Shown here: positions 29,711-38,833 of the stretch, piece after piece
Layout: each line of letters begins with the position of its first letter
How positions within the stretch are numbered: the stretch's first letter is position 1
Origin: Candidatus Uhrbacteria bacterium
Lineage (GTDB): Bacteria; Patescibacteriota; Patescibacteriia; UBA9934; GWF2-40-263
Direction: 5' to 3'
NCBI GenBank assembly: GCA_016844925.1
Contig: JAERTI010000056.1
Location: forward strand, 6,978-70,977
Length of the DNA: 64,000 nt
Made by a program: the position numbers and the translations under genes
The notes under the pieces: generated by a model
Databases searched by the model: none
What the model was told of the DNA's origin: nothing
What the model saw: the letters and a program-made list of their open reading frames with translations, nothing else

Positions 29711-29714
29711 GGGC

Positions 29715-30746
29715 TTATCGTATGATCGTAACTGCTTCAGGTTTCACTTCTTCCAAGGCGTGCAGGTAAATATAATCGAGATAATTTGGCATCTGCTCAC
29801 TTTCAACGAGATCGTTGTTGATTGCCCATCGTGCTTCAGCCTCGAGGACTCTGATCAAGGACTGCTCTAAGGTGATATCGAATGTGAACTCTTCCCAAAG
29901 GGTGATCATACTCTCTGTGTCCAGGTTGAGTCTTGTTGCGACAATTTCTTGAGATTCCTCTTTGTGCTGTTTGATGAATTCAGTGGCGGCATCCACCGCC
30001 TGCACAAAACGTTTGACTGCTTCAGGTTCAGATTTAAGGAAGGCATTCGTACTCACAAAGTTAAATGTTTCGTTGTAGATATCCGAGCTCGGTAACCTGA
30101 TAGCCATATCTCCTAAGAGGCTCACTGCATTTGTTCCGTGCGGTTCCCAGATAACAATGGCGTCAACACGTCCCTTGGCTAAAGCGTCTGGCAAATCAGA
30201 AGGGGCGATGTCGATAGCTTCTACCTCGGAGGACAAGATGGCGTTGTTCGTCAAAAAGGCATCTAGAAAAAATTGTCCAGTCGTGCCCATAGGGGTGCCG
30301 ACTTTCTTTCCGCGCAAATCTTCTGCGCTTGTCACCCGGTCATTGCGAGCGATGACTTTTACGTCTTCATAGGAGCTGACAAACGTGCCAAAGACAGAAA
30401 AATCACTTCGCTCAAAACTGTTAAGCATGATGGGGGTAGGGGCGACGGTAGAAATATCAATCCCCTGATTGCCCTCGAGCATTGCCATGAGGCTTTGTCT
30501 TCCTGAGTCAAACTCTTTGATGGTGAGGTCCAGACCGTATTCTTGAAAGTATCCCTTTTCCTCAGAAATCCAGACAGCTGCGGGAAGTAAGCTCGCTTCT
30601 ACTCCGAGCGTTGCCTTCAAGAGAGGTTCTTCTGTAGGGCTTGGTTGTGTTTGTGTTGTCCAGAAGTAACCACTCAGAATAAGAGCGCCGGTAAAGAATG
30701 TGACTGCGCCCCAGAACCAGGGGGGGATGTCATGCTTAATGTTCAT
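29715..30746 (-). CDS. NMT1/THI5 (SsuA/TauA-like) substrate-binding protein
   Basis: EKGYFQEYGL, DLRGKKVG, GRVDA...WEP motifs; N-terminal TM. Confidence 0.87.
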   Translation of the reverse strand: MNIKHDIPPWFWGAVTFFTGALILSGYFWTTQTQPSPTEEPLLKATLGVEASLLPAAVWISEEKGYFQEYGLDLTIKEFDSGRQSLMAMLEGNQGIDISTVAPTPIMLNSFERSDFSVFGTFVSSYEDVKVIARNDRVTSAEDLRGKKVGTPMGTTGQFFLDAFLTNNAILSSEVEAIDIAPSDLPDALAKGRVDAIVIWEPHGTNAVSLLGDMAIRLPSSDIYNETFNFVSTNAFLKSEPEAVKRFVQAVDAATEFIKQHKEESQEIVATRLNLDTESMITLWEEFTFDITLEQSLIRVLEAEARWAINNDLVESEQMPNYLDYIYLHALEEVKPEAVTIIR

Positions 30747-30825
30747 AGTTCCTCCTAAATAATTTTCATCATCTCTACGGTCTTCTTACCTGTGACTTGA
30801 TTTAGCAAATTATGAATACTGAGAA

Positions 30826-31167
30826 CTAGTTATCCGACCAGACAGCGAGCTCATTTCCAGCTGGATCTAAAAATTGGAATCGACGTCCGCCGGGAAAGGA
30901 AAAGATGTCTTTTGAAATGGTGGCGTCGGCTGCTTGGATAGTTGCGAGCGCTTGCTCAAGATTGCTGTGGTAAAGCACGACGAGTGGGCCGCCCTTGTGA
31001 ACCTGATCAACTTTTTCAAATCCACCCTCCAGTCCACTGTTTGAGAAAGCTGTATACCCTTCGCCATAGTCCGTAAACGTCCAGCCGAAAACGCTGGTAT
31101 AAAAGTCCTTAACTGATTCAAGATCCGTTGCGTAGAGCTCAATGTATTGGATGTGATTGTCCTTCAT
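30826..31167 (-). CDS. VOC/glyoxalase family protein
   Basis: YIELYATD, FGWTF and FPGGRRFQFLDPAGNELAVWS. Start at 31167. Confidence 0.9.
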   Translation of the reverse strand: MKDNHIQYIELYATDLESVKDFYTSVFGWTFTDYGEGYTAFSNSGLEGGFEKVDQVHKGGPLVVLYHSNLEQALATIQAADATISKDIFSFPGGRRFQFLDPAGNELAVWSDN

Positions 31168-31198
31168 AAACACAGTATAGCAAGGTGCGGTTGAGGCG

Positions 31199-31951
31199 TC
31201 AGTCGTCAAAACGTTCAGAGTCTTTTTGATGGTAGGTTCCAACGGCTGTACGTCTAAGTTCGAGTAGGAGCGCGCCGCATCCGAGCTTTTGTCCGAGAAG
31301 GTGTGCAAGGGATCGAATGTAGGTTCCGCTGGTAACGTCCAGTGTCACGGTGGCGATGAGAAGCTGTTGCTCTTGAGTCTCGATCGTCTCCCAAGAACGT
31401 CGGGTTGCTTCCTGTCGGAAATCGCCATGAACGAGATTGATCCGTTGGACTACTTGCTCACGAATGTCGCGAAGGGTACGTGAAGAGACGGTTGCGACTG
31501 GGGTGTTGAGCACGGTCATGTGTTTCATGGGGATGTCGATCTCGTTGAGACGACCCTCTCGAGCCCACCAATGCAGTGGTTTACCTTGGATTTTGTACGA
31601 TGAATAAGGAGGAAAGGGGAGCAGGTGCTCGCCCTGGAGCTGCTCGACAGAGGCTTTGATGTGTTCTTCTGTTGTCACTCCGCCGCTCTCAAGTAGTCCG
31701 AGTGAATCGTAGGTATCTGATGACAAGCCAAAGAGAATAGTTGCCTCGTACGTTTTGTTGAGTTTTTGAAAGTCGGGCTTCTTGAAACGATCTTCATCCG
31801 TTAAAAACACAATCACTCCCTCGGCCATTGGGTCGAGACGTCCTGTGTAGGTCATGGGGCTGTTGCTGTACTCACCGTGCTGCCGTTTGATTTCTTCTAT
31901 GCACTGTAGCGGTGTCCAGCCCAAGGGTTTGTAATAGTTGAGGATGGCCAA
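31199..31951 (-). CDS. truB: tRNA pseudouridine synthase B family protein
   Basis: KPLGWT, TGRLDPMAEG, KTYEA, PPYSS, SGTYIRSLA and LRRTAVG motifs. Confidence 0.88.
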   Translation of the reverse strand: MAILNYYKPLGWTPLQCIEEIKRQHGEYSNSPMTYTGRLDPMAEGVIVFLTDEDRFKKPDFQKLNKTYEATILFGLSSDTYDSLGLLESGGVTTEEHIKASVEQLQGEHLLPFPPYSSYKIQGKPLHWWAREGRLNEIDIPMKHMTVLNTPVATVSSRTLRDIREQVVQRINLVHGDFRQEATRRSWETIETQEQQLLIATVTLDVTSGTYIRSLAHLLGQKLGCGALLLELRRTAVGTYHQKDSERFDD

Positions 31952-31960
31952 AAGAAATAG

Positions 31961-32482
31961 TTACGATGTTGGAATGAGGAGGTGGTAGAAAAATGAAACG
32001 AATGGATCAATGTCCGGTCCGTAGACAATGGCCCCACCAAGAGCTCCTGTAATGGTGATGGCAAGAAGTCCTGCTAATGAGAGAATGATGACAAGTGGTC
32101 TGAAGAGAATGATTGCCGTAAGTCGATTGAGGATTTTGTCGATGATACTGGGCAGATGGAACTTGTTCTTTTGTAAGAAGGGTCGAAGCACTGCTGACCA
32201 AAGATACGCTACAGCAAGAATAGAAAAGATCCAGGATGTTGCATTGGCAAATAAGGCATGTGTCTCGACGAGGACCGTCTCGCCTACACGCTCTTCGGCT
32301 ACTTCGCCAGTGGAAAGGGCTAGCCAGGAAGTAATCGTACCGAGAAAGAGAAACGCAAGCTTGATGGAGGTACATGAAGATTTCCATCTAGAGATCCATC
32401 TTTGTGGAACGGCCTCAAGGAGGCTGTAGAAAACCAGCATGGCAATGGGGAAATGGACGACCATGGGGTGAACATCAAACAT
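31961..32482 (-). CDS. DUF2231-type membrane protein
   Basis: HPMVVHFPI...TG...H...GALGG pattern. Confidence 0.8.
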   Translation of the reverse strand: MFDVHPMVVHFPIAMLVFYSLLEAVPQRWISRWKSSCTSIKLAFLFLGTITSWLALSTGEVAEERVGETVLVETHALFANATSWIFSILAVAYLWSAVLRPFLQKNKFHLPSIIDKILNRLTAIILFRPLVIILSLAGLLAITITGALGGAIVYGPDIDPFVSFFYHLLIPTS

Positions 32483-32484
32483 AG

Positions 32485-33426
32485 CTAGGTGTTTAGGGGT
32501 TTGGTAACGATTGGAATAACTTTATAGAGGTAGAGCATAAAAACAAGGGCAAGGAAAATAGCACCCATGTACTCGTGGAAGAGTTGAAAGGCGAGTTCGT
32601 GCGAAACGTATCCGCCAATAAAGAGAATAATTGCCACTCGAAGGATGTTGAGATAATACAGCGCAATAACACCAACGATGCCTGCGAGAGTAGCTCGTCC
32701 GTATAAAATGTGACGTTCTGAAGAAAGCCAGATGAGAACGATGATGTAAAGGAAAGCAAACGTGACAATTGAGTAGGCGCCAGCGCAGACGGGCCCGATG
32801 TACAAGATGAAGTTGTTTAGTCCAACAGTGAAGTAGTCCAAATTATAGATCGCCTCGTCTGTGACAAGGGGAGTGATCTTTGAGAGTGAGGTGAGAATGG
32901 AGGTTGAGATGGCTTCCCAGTGTAGCTTGATGGTTAGCTGGGCGATGGTATAGCTGAGGTAAAGACCCGCGATGGTGATGGTTTCTTTAAGAAAGTATCT
33001 GATGGCTGTTGCCCCAACGAGGGCGAAGAAGAGAAAAAAGAAGCTGATACTGAATGTTGAAAGAAGCAGGAGGTTGGGAATGATTTCGTGCAGTGTGCCG
33101 AGTTGGTTCACCGGGAAGATGAGGATTGCCAGAGCAAGAAGACTAAAGAGAAAAGATTCCGCTTTCGATATTCGGTAGAGTGGAAGTGTTTTTACAATGT
33201 GCCAACGGTAGAAAATGAAAAGAAGAAAAAGAGGGTAGGGGCTTAAGAGGATCCACCAATCATTGAGGCCATATCTATATCCATGTAGGGCCGAGGTGAT
33301 TGTAGGGTGGACGATGACAATGAGTGTATAGAGGCCAAGGAGCACAAGCACGCGTAAAACAAAACGCCTCCCTCCGGGGGAGGCGTTTTTAAATGCGCTA
33401 CGGATGTGTTTCCAGTGTGTGGTCAT
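32485..33426 (-). CDS. Exosortase/archaeosortase family transpeptidase
   Basis: Multi-TM protein with a Cys-Arg-His triad: IGPVCAG, LNILRV, LFHEYMG. Confidence 0.85.
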   Translation of the reverse strand: MTTHWKHIRSAFKNASPGGRRFVLRVLVLLGLYTLIVIVHPTITSALHGYRYGLNDWWILLSPYPLFLLFIFYRWHIVKTLPLYRISKAESFLFSLLALAILIFPVNQLGTLHEIIPNLLLLSTFSISFFFLFFALVGATAIRYFLKETITIAGLYLSYTIAQLTIKLHWEAISTSILTSLSKITPLVTDEAIYNLDYFTVGLNNFILYIGPVCAGAYSIVTFAFLYIIVLIWLSSERHILYGRATLAGIVGVIALYYLNILRVAIILFIGGYVSHELAFQLFHEYMGAIFLALVFMLYLYKVIPIVTKPLNT

Positions 33427-33428
33427 GT

Positions 33429-35708
33429 TTAGGCGTGTGGCTCGCCGAGGTACTCTGGCATCTTTTGGTGCAGCATGTAGCCAAAGAGGAGAAAGAGAAG
33501 TGTGTAGACGTAGGTGGAGAATTCGGGCACACCGCCAACAGGGACATCTGGATCACCTCCTCCAAACTCAGAAAGGTGTTTTGTCTGGAACGAGCAAGTT
33601 TGAGAGAAGACCGTGCAGGAAACGTTTTCACCATCCAGCTGCAGTCGCGTCCAGTTTCCTTGACTCGCGTCCTTACTGTAGACCATGAGTTCTGTGCCGT
33701 TTGCAACCCCAGGAGTGTTCATCGTGAGGGTAATGGCATTACTTAACTCAACCTTCTTGTCGTCAAAACCGAAGCTCATCTTTCCGGCCGCTGGGACGGG
33801 GAGCGTGGAGACGTTTGGGTTGTTGCCAAGTGTCATGGTGCTGAAGTCTGTCGTTGTCTCTAGATCTCCTACACTCTTGGTTGTCATGATGGTGTTTGCT
33901 GGGATAACGACAGCGACGGTGTCAGAGAGAGATGACGAGTTGGTGTATGCGATGGACTTCTGCAATTGCACGCGACTTGTTGATTCTGTTGTGTCCCCGT
34001 ACCCGCTAACGGGTTCGGCAAGAGCTGAATCCAATACCGTAAAGCTGATATTGTCTCGAGTGGCTTTTACGATGTCTGTGTCTTGTGTGGTGAATGTCAC
34101 CTCTGTTGGTGAACTACTTTTGTTACCGTAGTAGTCGTAGGCCCAGATGTTTGCCGTGTATTCTGTGTTCGGTGAAAGGGTATCAAGGTTTACCAAGATA
34201 TTTCCCTTAAAGTCAGGGTAGGCAAGCAAGGGTCTTGTGGAAGAGCTGATCTCCGTGTCTGTTTCTTGAACACCGGTCGAGCCTTGTTTGATGAAAATTT
34301 TATAGGATTGGAAAAACGTGTCGTTTGATGGGGATCCTAGTTTGAATCCCACAATGTTTTGTCCAATAAATACAGGAGTAAGCGCCCCTGGCGTGCTTGG
34401 AGGTGTACTGTCCGAGAGGGTGGAGAACGTCACACTGGATGCAGCCTTCCTTGAATTTCCTGCGGCATCGTAGGCCCAAATGTTCGCTGTATATTGTGAC
34501 GCTGGAACGAGGCCGCTCAAGGTAACTGAGCTTTGCCCACCATAGCTTATGTGGCTGAGTGCTGGCGCGGTCGTCTTATCAATAACTTCATCCTCATCGC
34601 CCGGCTCTGAGCTACCTTCTTTGTAGTAGATAACATACTCGGCGAAATTTTCATCAGAGGTGGCTGCTCCGAAGTTGAGTGTTACCTCTGAGTAGCTTTG
34701 AGAAGCAAGACTTAAGGAACCTGGTGGGTCTGGTTCTACGACATCTGTACCAGTAAACGAAAAACTTGCTGTCACAGAGATGTCTTTCTGGACGCCAGTC
34801 TCTGTTCGTGGGTTGGTTGTGGAGCCATCGCTCCAGGAGACGAATTCAAAGTCTGTGTCCGCGACGGCGGTGACGGCTGAACCTGATGTGTTATGGCTTA
34901 CCGTTTGGCTCGTACTTCCTGTGATTGACCCGCCGATATCAGCGGTATAGCTGAGGCTGTATGTCGGTGCATAGGTAAGGATCTCTTCGTCGTAGATGCA
35001 CCTGACAGAAGATGCACTCTTTTTCCCATTTCTTCTAACAATGGCTGAGGATGAACTCGAGGTGAGCTTCAGGCCGTAGGCACGGCGTTTGTTCTCGATT
35101 GTTGAGGACCAGTACCGAGCAAGTCTTCCTCGACGCTTCCAAACTTTTTTTCCAGATACGCGCCCTACACCATAAGCACCAAAGTCAAAAGAGTCTTTTG
35201 CTCCGGCGTTTGGAATGATCCAGTTATTAATCCCTACTTCTTTTAATGCTCCACCGGCTGTCGTGGCGCCGCCGGCTTCTGTAACAAGTGTGTCGAGATC
35301 AAATTTTGTCGGTACATGCCATCCCACGGGGCAAATACCTTGATGTACGGCATTTGGTTGGCATGATGGGCTTAGGCTGTTTTTGCAGGAGAGCGCCATG
35401 CCCATGGCTGTGTGCCATTGGTAAAGACCACCATCGTTATCACAGTTTGCGTCACTGTTGTTGTAACAATATTTTTGAAAGGTGCCCCCGTCGGCGTCTG
35501 CTTGGTTTCCGCTTACATCAATGCGCGTGCCGTAGTTGAGGTTCTTGCCAAACCAACATTGCCCACCAATAAGAATCGTGGGGTAGGAGACTCCGCCATA
35601 AGAAACGGCATCTCCACAGGTAAATTCTTCCTGAGCGTTTAGGGATTGTGTGGGCCAGAGCCCAGAAATAAACGTGGCAATGAGTATCAGCGTGCCAATA
35701 CGTTTCAT
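33429..35708 (-). CDS. Surface protein: FISUMP domain, InlB-B-like repeat, two FN3-like repeats and a PEF-CTERM sorting signal
   Basis: Signal peptide. YPTILIGGQCWFGKNL, GICPVGWHVPT and YWSST...SVRC (FISUMP). FVSWSDGSTTNPRT. Two YTANIWAYD repeats. C-terminal VPEFSTY + TM + HQK. Confidence 0.85.
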   Translation of the reverse strand: MKRIGTLILIATFISGLWPTQSLNAQEEFTCGDAVSYGGVSYPTILIGGQCWFGKNLNYGTRIDVSGNQADADGGTFQKYCYNNSDANCDNDGGLYQWHTAMGMALSCKNSLSPSCQPNAVHQGICPVGWHVPTKFDLDTLVTEAGGATTAGGALKEVGINNWIIPNAGAKDSFDFGAYGVGRVSGKKVWKRRGRLARYWSSTIENKRRAYGLKLTSSSSSAIVRRNGKKSASSVRCIYDEEILTYAPTYSLSYTADIGGSITGSTSQTVSHNTSGSAVTAVADTDFEFVSWSDGSTTNPRTETGVQKDISVTASFSFTGTDVVEPDPPGSLSLASQSYSEVTLNFGAATSDENFAEYVIYYKEGSSEPGDEDEVIDKTTAPALSHISYGGQSSVTLSGLVPASQYTANIWAYDAAGNSRKAASSVTFSTLSDSTPPSTPGALTPVFIGQNIVGFKLGSPSNDTFFQSYKIFIKQGSTGVQETDTEISSSTRPLLAYPDFKGNILVNLDTLSPNTEYTANIWAYDYYGNKSSSPTEVTFTTQDTDIVKATRDNISFTVLDSALAEPVSGYGDTTESTSRVQLQKSIAYTNSSSLSDTVAVVIPANTIMTTKSVGDLETTTDFSTMTLGNNPNVSTLPVPAAGKMSFGFDDKKVELSNAITLTMNTPGVANGTELMVYSKDASQGNWTRLQLDGENVSCTVFSQTCSFQTKHLSEFGGGDPDVPVGGVPEFSTYVYTLLFLLFGYMLHQKMPEYLGEPHA

Positions 35709-35774
35709 AGGCGATCCTCTGTCAGTTGCAGGTAATGAGTATCGATTGGCGTCATTATAGCATCAGTTTCTCAC

Positions 35775-36170
35775 CTAGATGTGTATAACAAAATCGAGGA
35801 GTATGCCTGCGATAAGCGCGAGGCCTGAGAGGATGAAAATAATCTCGTAATTTAGCTGCGCTTTTGTGGTACTTAATGTTTGGACGATGTGCGAGAGAGC
35901 CTTCTTTTGACTCTGGGAGATGTCTTTGGTGTGTTTCACAGCCTCGATGAGGTGCTCGTCATCAATCAGCGAGGAAAACTGTTTCACCACCTTGTAGCGA
36001 CTCCAGAAGTAGATAATGAATCCGATCGTCCCGGTGTACCAGGCGATCTTTACCCACGTCGGCTCAAAGAAGTTCAGGACGATGATGATGCGATAGGAGA
36101 ACGTCGCCACAAGACCAATCCAAAAGTAGAGGAGTCGTAGGGGCTTAGGATCAGCTTTGATTTTTGTCAT
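35775..36170 (-). CDS. Hypothetical membrane protein
   Basis: Three hydrophobic segments. Confidence 0.7.
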   Translation of the reverse strand: MTKIKADPKPLRLLYFWIGLVATFSYRIIIVLNFFEPTWVKIAWYTGTIGFIIYFWSRYKVVKQFSSLIDDEHLIEAVKHTKDISQSQKKALSHIVQTLSTTKAQLNYEIIFILSGLALIAGILLDFVIHI

Positions 36171-36214
36171 AGGAGTTTTTCTACGTGAGTCGATCAGTAT
36201 CTGAATGGTGTGAA

Positions 36215-36847
36215 TTACGAATCCAAGTCTTGGATAAACTCTCCACCAATGTACGTTGGTTCCCAGATATAGAGATCGATGAAGGCCTTATAGGTGGCGA
36301 GGATCTCGCGTTGTTTATACTGCGTCTCAAATAGATAGGGTTGCAGCGAAGCAGAGAACCCGACGCTAGATACACCCAATTTCTCGCAGGTCCAGATGGC
36401 GCGGGGGAGGTGGTAGTTTTGTGAGACAAGGATGGCGTTCTCGATGCCCCACAGCTCGTGTGCACGGACACAGGTGTCATAGGTTCGGCGCCCGGCATAG
36501 TCCACGAACACGTCGTCCTCCGGAACATCGTAGGTCGTCACGAGGGTCTCAAACATAACGTCTGGCTCAGAGTAGTCTTCAAAGCGGTTATCGCCAGAGA
36601 CGAGGATCTTATCGACCAGACCTTCGTGATACAGCGTCGATGCTGCTTTGAGGCGATCGTCCAACATGTCTGAGGGGGTGTTCTGATCACGCAGCCCGGC
36701 CCCGAAAACAATGGCGACAGATGCGTGCTCAAGTTGGTGTGTATCTGAATAGACGTTCTCGCTCTGACTCATGGTCTTCCACAAAGGAAACAGGGCAATG
36801 AGTAGCGTGAGTAAAAGTAATCCAATCGAAGCATGTGTAAGTTTCAT
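36215..36847 (-). CDS. SanA/YdcF/ElyC (DUF218) family protein
   Basis: IVFGAG, ILVSGDN, DYAGRRTYD and HLPRA motifs. Confidence 0.88.
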   Translation of the reverse strand: MKLTHASIGLLLLTLLIALFPLWKTMSQSENVYSDTHQLEHASVAIVFGAGLRDQNTPSDMLDDRLKAASTLYHEGLVDKILVSGDNRFEDYSEPDVMFETLVTTYDVPEDDVFVDYAGRRTYDTCVRAHELWGIENAILVSQNYHLPRAIWTCEKLGVSSVGFSASLQPYLFETQYKQREILATYKAFIDLYIWEPTYIGGEFIQDLDS

Positions 36848-36944
36848 AGTCAGCCGATCATGCTGTCGCAACAAGATGATGTTTATCAAATCAATTACCC
36901 CCATTATAGCATTGAACTATTTCTGCTAGAATTGGAGTAACACT

Positions 36945-37973
36945 ATGAAATTTTTTATTGGTCTTTTACTCATTCTTATCGCGTCACCGGCAGCGCTTTG
37001 GTTTTCTGAATCACAGCATCGAGTTAAGGACGTGTCTTCTGCCACTGAGGTGGACGCCTCAACTCAGGCGCAGGGATATGTCGTGTTTGAAGGCGAGCCG
37101 GTGCTCTCTGACGCTCCAATGTGTCCTGGACTTGATCAGTCCTGTCTAGCCGTCTCAACAATCGAGGAACAGTATGTGGCAGTGGAGCTTGTGGAGTGTG
37201 GGGTGCTTGATCTAGATGAAGGAGATGTTCTTCTTGAGCAAGTAGAAGATCGATGTGATGCTGACACAGGAAGTTGCGATCCTTGTTATCAAATAGAGAG
37301 AAGAGGCTGGGAAGAGGTTTCCGATACAACCTCCTATGCTGGTCTCCGCGTTGGTGCCTATGAGGTAGCCCTCTCGAATCAGGTTCAGTTTGTTGGAGAC
37401 TTAACGTCTTTTGCCTACGTCACCGCTGAGGGTGAACAGATGTCTGCCCAGCCTGAGGAGGTTCTGGTTGGTGATGTGCGTTTTTCCTATGACTTTTTCC
37501 CTTTGAGTGATTCGTTACTTGTTGTGGGAGAGGCTCAGGGGGGAGTGGTCACTGATGAGGGGGAAAAGACATTTGTTGTCTCATCATTAGGCTATGAGGC
37601 AACCGTGGCGGAATTGGATGCGCGAGATGAGGCGTCTAAGTGGGGGCTACGTGTTCTTTCACTGCTTGTCATGGTCCTAGGCTTCCTTCTGGTCGCATCA
37701 CAGTTCCTTGCACCGATCACAGATCTCGCAAAGATCGCACCGTTCCTAGGATCGCATATCAGCGCATGGATGAGAGGTGTTCTGTACTTGGTCGTGGCCA
37801 TTGCCGCGTCGATGGTCTGGTCGATTATGCTGGCCACCGTCGTGCTGTTAAAGACATTCTGGCCAGCACTTCTTGTGCTTGCTGTGCTGATCGTATTTTT
37901 TGGCAGGCTCGCACCAGAGTCATTTATAAAAGATCTTCGACAGAAGATGAGGGGGGCATCGGGTAACAATTAA
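36945..37973 (+). CDS. Hypothetical membrane protein (TMEM43-like topology)
   Basis: N-terminal TM, extracellular Cys-containing domain and three C-terminal TMs. Confidence 0.65.
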   Translation: MKFFIGLLLILIASPAALWFSESQHRVKDVSSATEVDASTQAQGYVVFEGEPVLSDAPMCPGLDQSCLAVSTIEEQYVAVELVECGVLDLDEGDVLLEQVEDRCDADTGSCDPCYQIERRGWEEVSDTTSYAGLRVGAYEVALSNQVQFVGDLTSFAYVTAEGEQMSAQPEEVLVGDVRFSYDFFPLSDSLLVVGEAQGGVVTDEGEKTFVVSSLGYEATVAELDARDEASKWGLRVLSLLVMVLGFLLVASQFLAPITDLAKIAPFLGSHISAWMRGVLYLVVAIAASMVWSIMLATVVLLKTFWPALLVLAVLIVFFGRLAPESFIKDLRQKMRGASGNN

Positions 37974-37985
37974 CGAAACTGACGT

Positions 37986-38216
37986 ATGAAAAAAGCAACA
38001 TGTAAAGATCTGCGAGGCGCCTGTGATGCAGAGATTCAAGGCGAGACTCCTGAGCAGATGGGGGAAAACTGTAAACAGCACGTGATGGAGATGGTGGGTG
38101 CAGGAGATGTTGATCACCTGACAGCCATTGAAAGCATGAAGCAACTCAGTCCAGAAGAGCAGCAGGCCTGGTATGAAGCGTTCAAGAATGGATTCGAGGC
38201 GCTTGAGAATGTCTAA
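37986..38216 (+). CDS. DUF1059-like small protein
   Basis: MKKATCKDLRGACD...H pattern. Confidence 0.7.
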   Translation: MKKATCKDLRGACDAEIQGETPEQMGENCKQHVMEMVGAGDVDHLTAIESMKQLSPEEQQAWYEAFKNGFEALENV

Positions 38217-38228
38217 GATGTATACAGT

Positions 38229-38258
38229 AAACACTCTCTACATGGAGAGTGTTTTTTG
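38229..38258. terminator. Intrinsic terminator
   Basis: AAACACTCTC-TACATG-GAGAGTGTTTTTT. Confidence 0.7.
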
Positions 38259-38316
38259 TTGAAAAAAGAAAACCTGATTCCCGGTCTGGGATCAGGTGAG
38301 GGGTGTCGTTCAGCTG

Positions 38317-38691
38317 CTAGCCAAACGTGAGCTCGAGCAGGGCGTTTGCGTTGATCTGCTCTTCAAGCTGCCTCCGTGCGCGTCGCAGGGTCGGGAGGAC
38401 ACGTTCGAGATCTCCTCTTGCCAAGGGAACGAGCAGCTCGATCGCTTCCTCCTTCATCTCCGCAAAGCGCTTGTCGCTGACGTCTTGGGAACCCTGCCTT
38501 TCGCAGGCCTCATCGTAGAGATTCGCGAGAACAAGGCTCTCCAGACGCGCCGCGCGGGAGATGAAGACGTCGAGCAGGTGAGTCCTACACATGCCGCCAT
38601 CGATACCCTTGAGCGCCAAGAGTAGGTTCATGTCGTTGTCCCCATCCTGGACAGTCGTTGATCCAGAAGGAGTTCGGTCTTTGTCGGCCAT
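38317..38691 (-). CDS. Hypothetical protein (GC3-rich class)
   Basis: GGAGG SD before ATG 38691; own promoter; terminator hairpin at about 38272-38297. Confidence 0.6.
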   Translation of the reverse strand: MADKDRTPSGSTTVQDGDNDMNLLLALKGIDGGMCRTHLLDVFISRAARLESLVLANLYDEACERQGSQDVSDKRFAEMKEEAIELLVPLARGDLERVLPTLRRARRQLEEQINANALLELTFG

Positions 38692-38760
38692 CCTGGCCTC
38701 CGTGCGTACCATGTTGTGTCGTGCGCTTGGGGATTAAAGGTACGTGCGTCACGACGTGCC

Positions 38761-38789
38761 AATCTAACCAAAAGGCGTAGGGACGTCAG
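38761..38789 (-). promoter_or_regulatory. Promoter CTGACG-N17-TAGATT
   Basis: 17-nt spacing. The -10 and downstream bases are 16/17 identical to the prs promoter. Confidence 0.55.
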
Positions 38790-38833
38790 TGATTAGGGCT
38801 TTTACTTGCAGCTTTGGCGGATACAAGATTACT

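Noticed and set aside
34990-35170. FISUMP C-terminal region as a possible DGR variable repeat
   Set aside because: No reverse transcriptase and no template-repeat copy found in the window.
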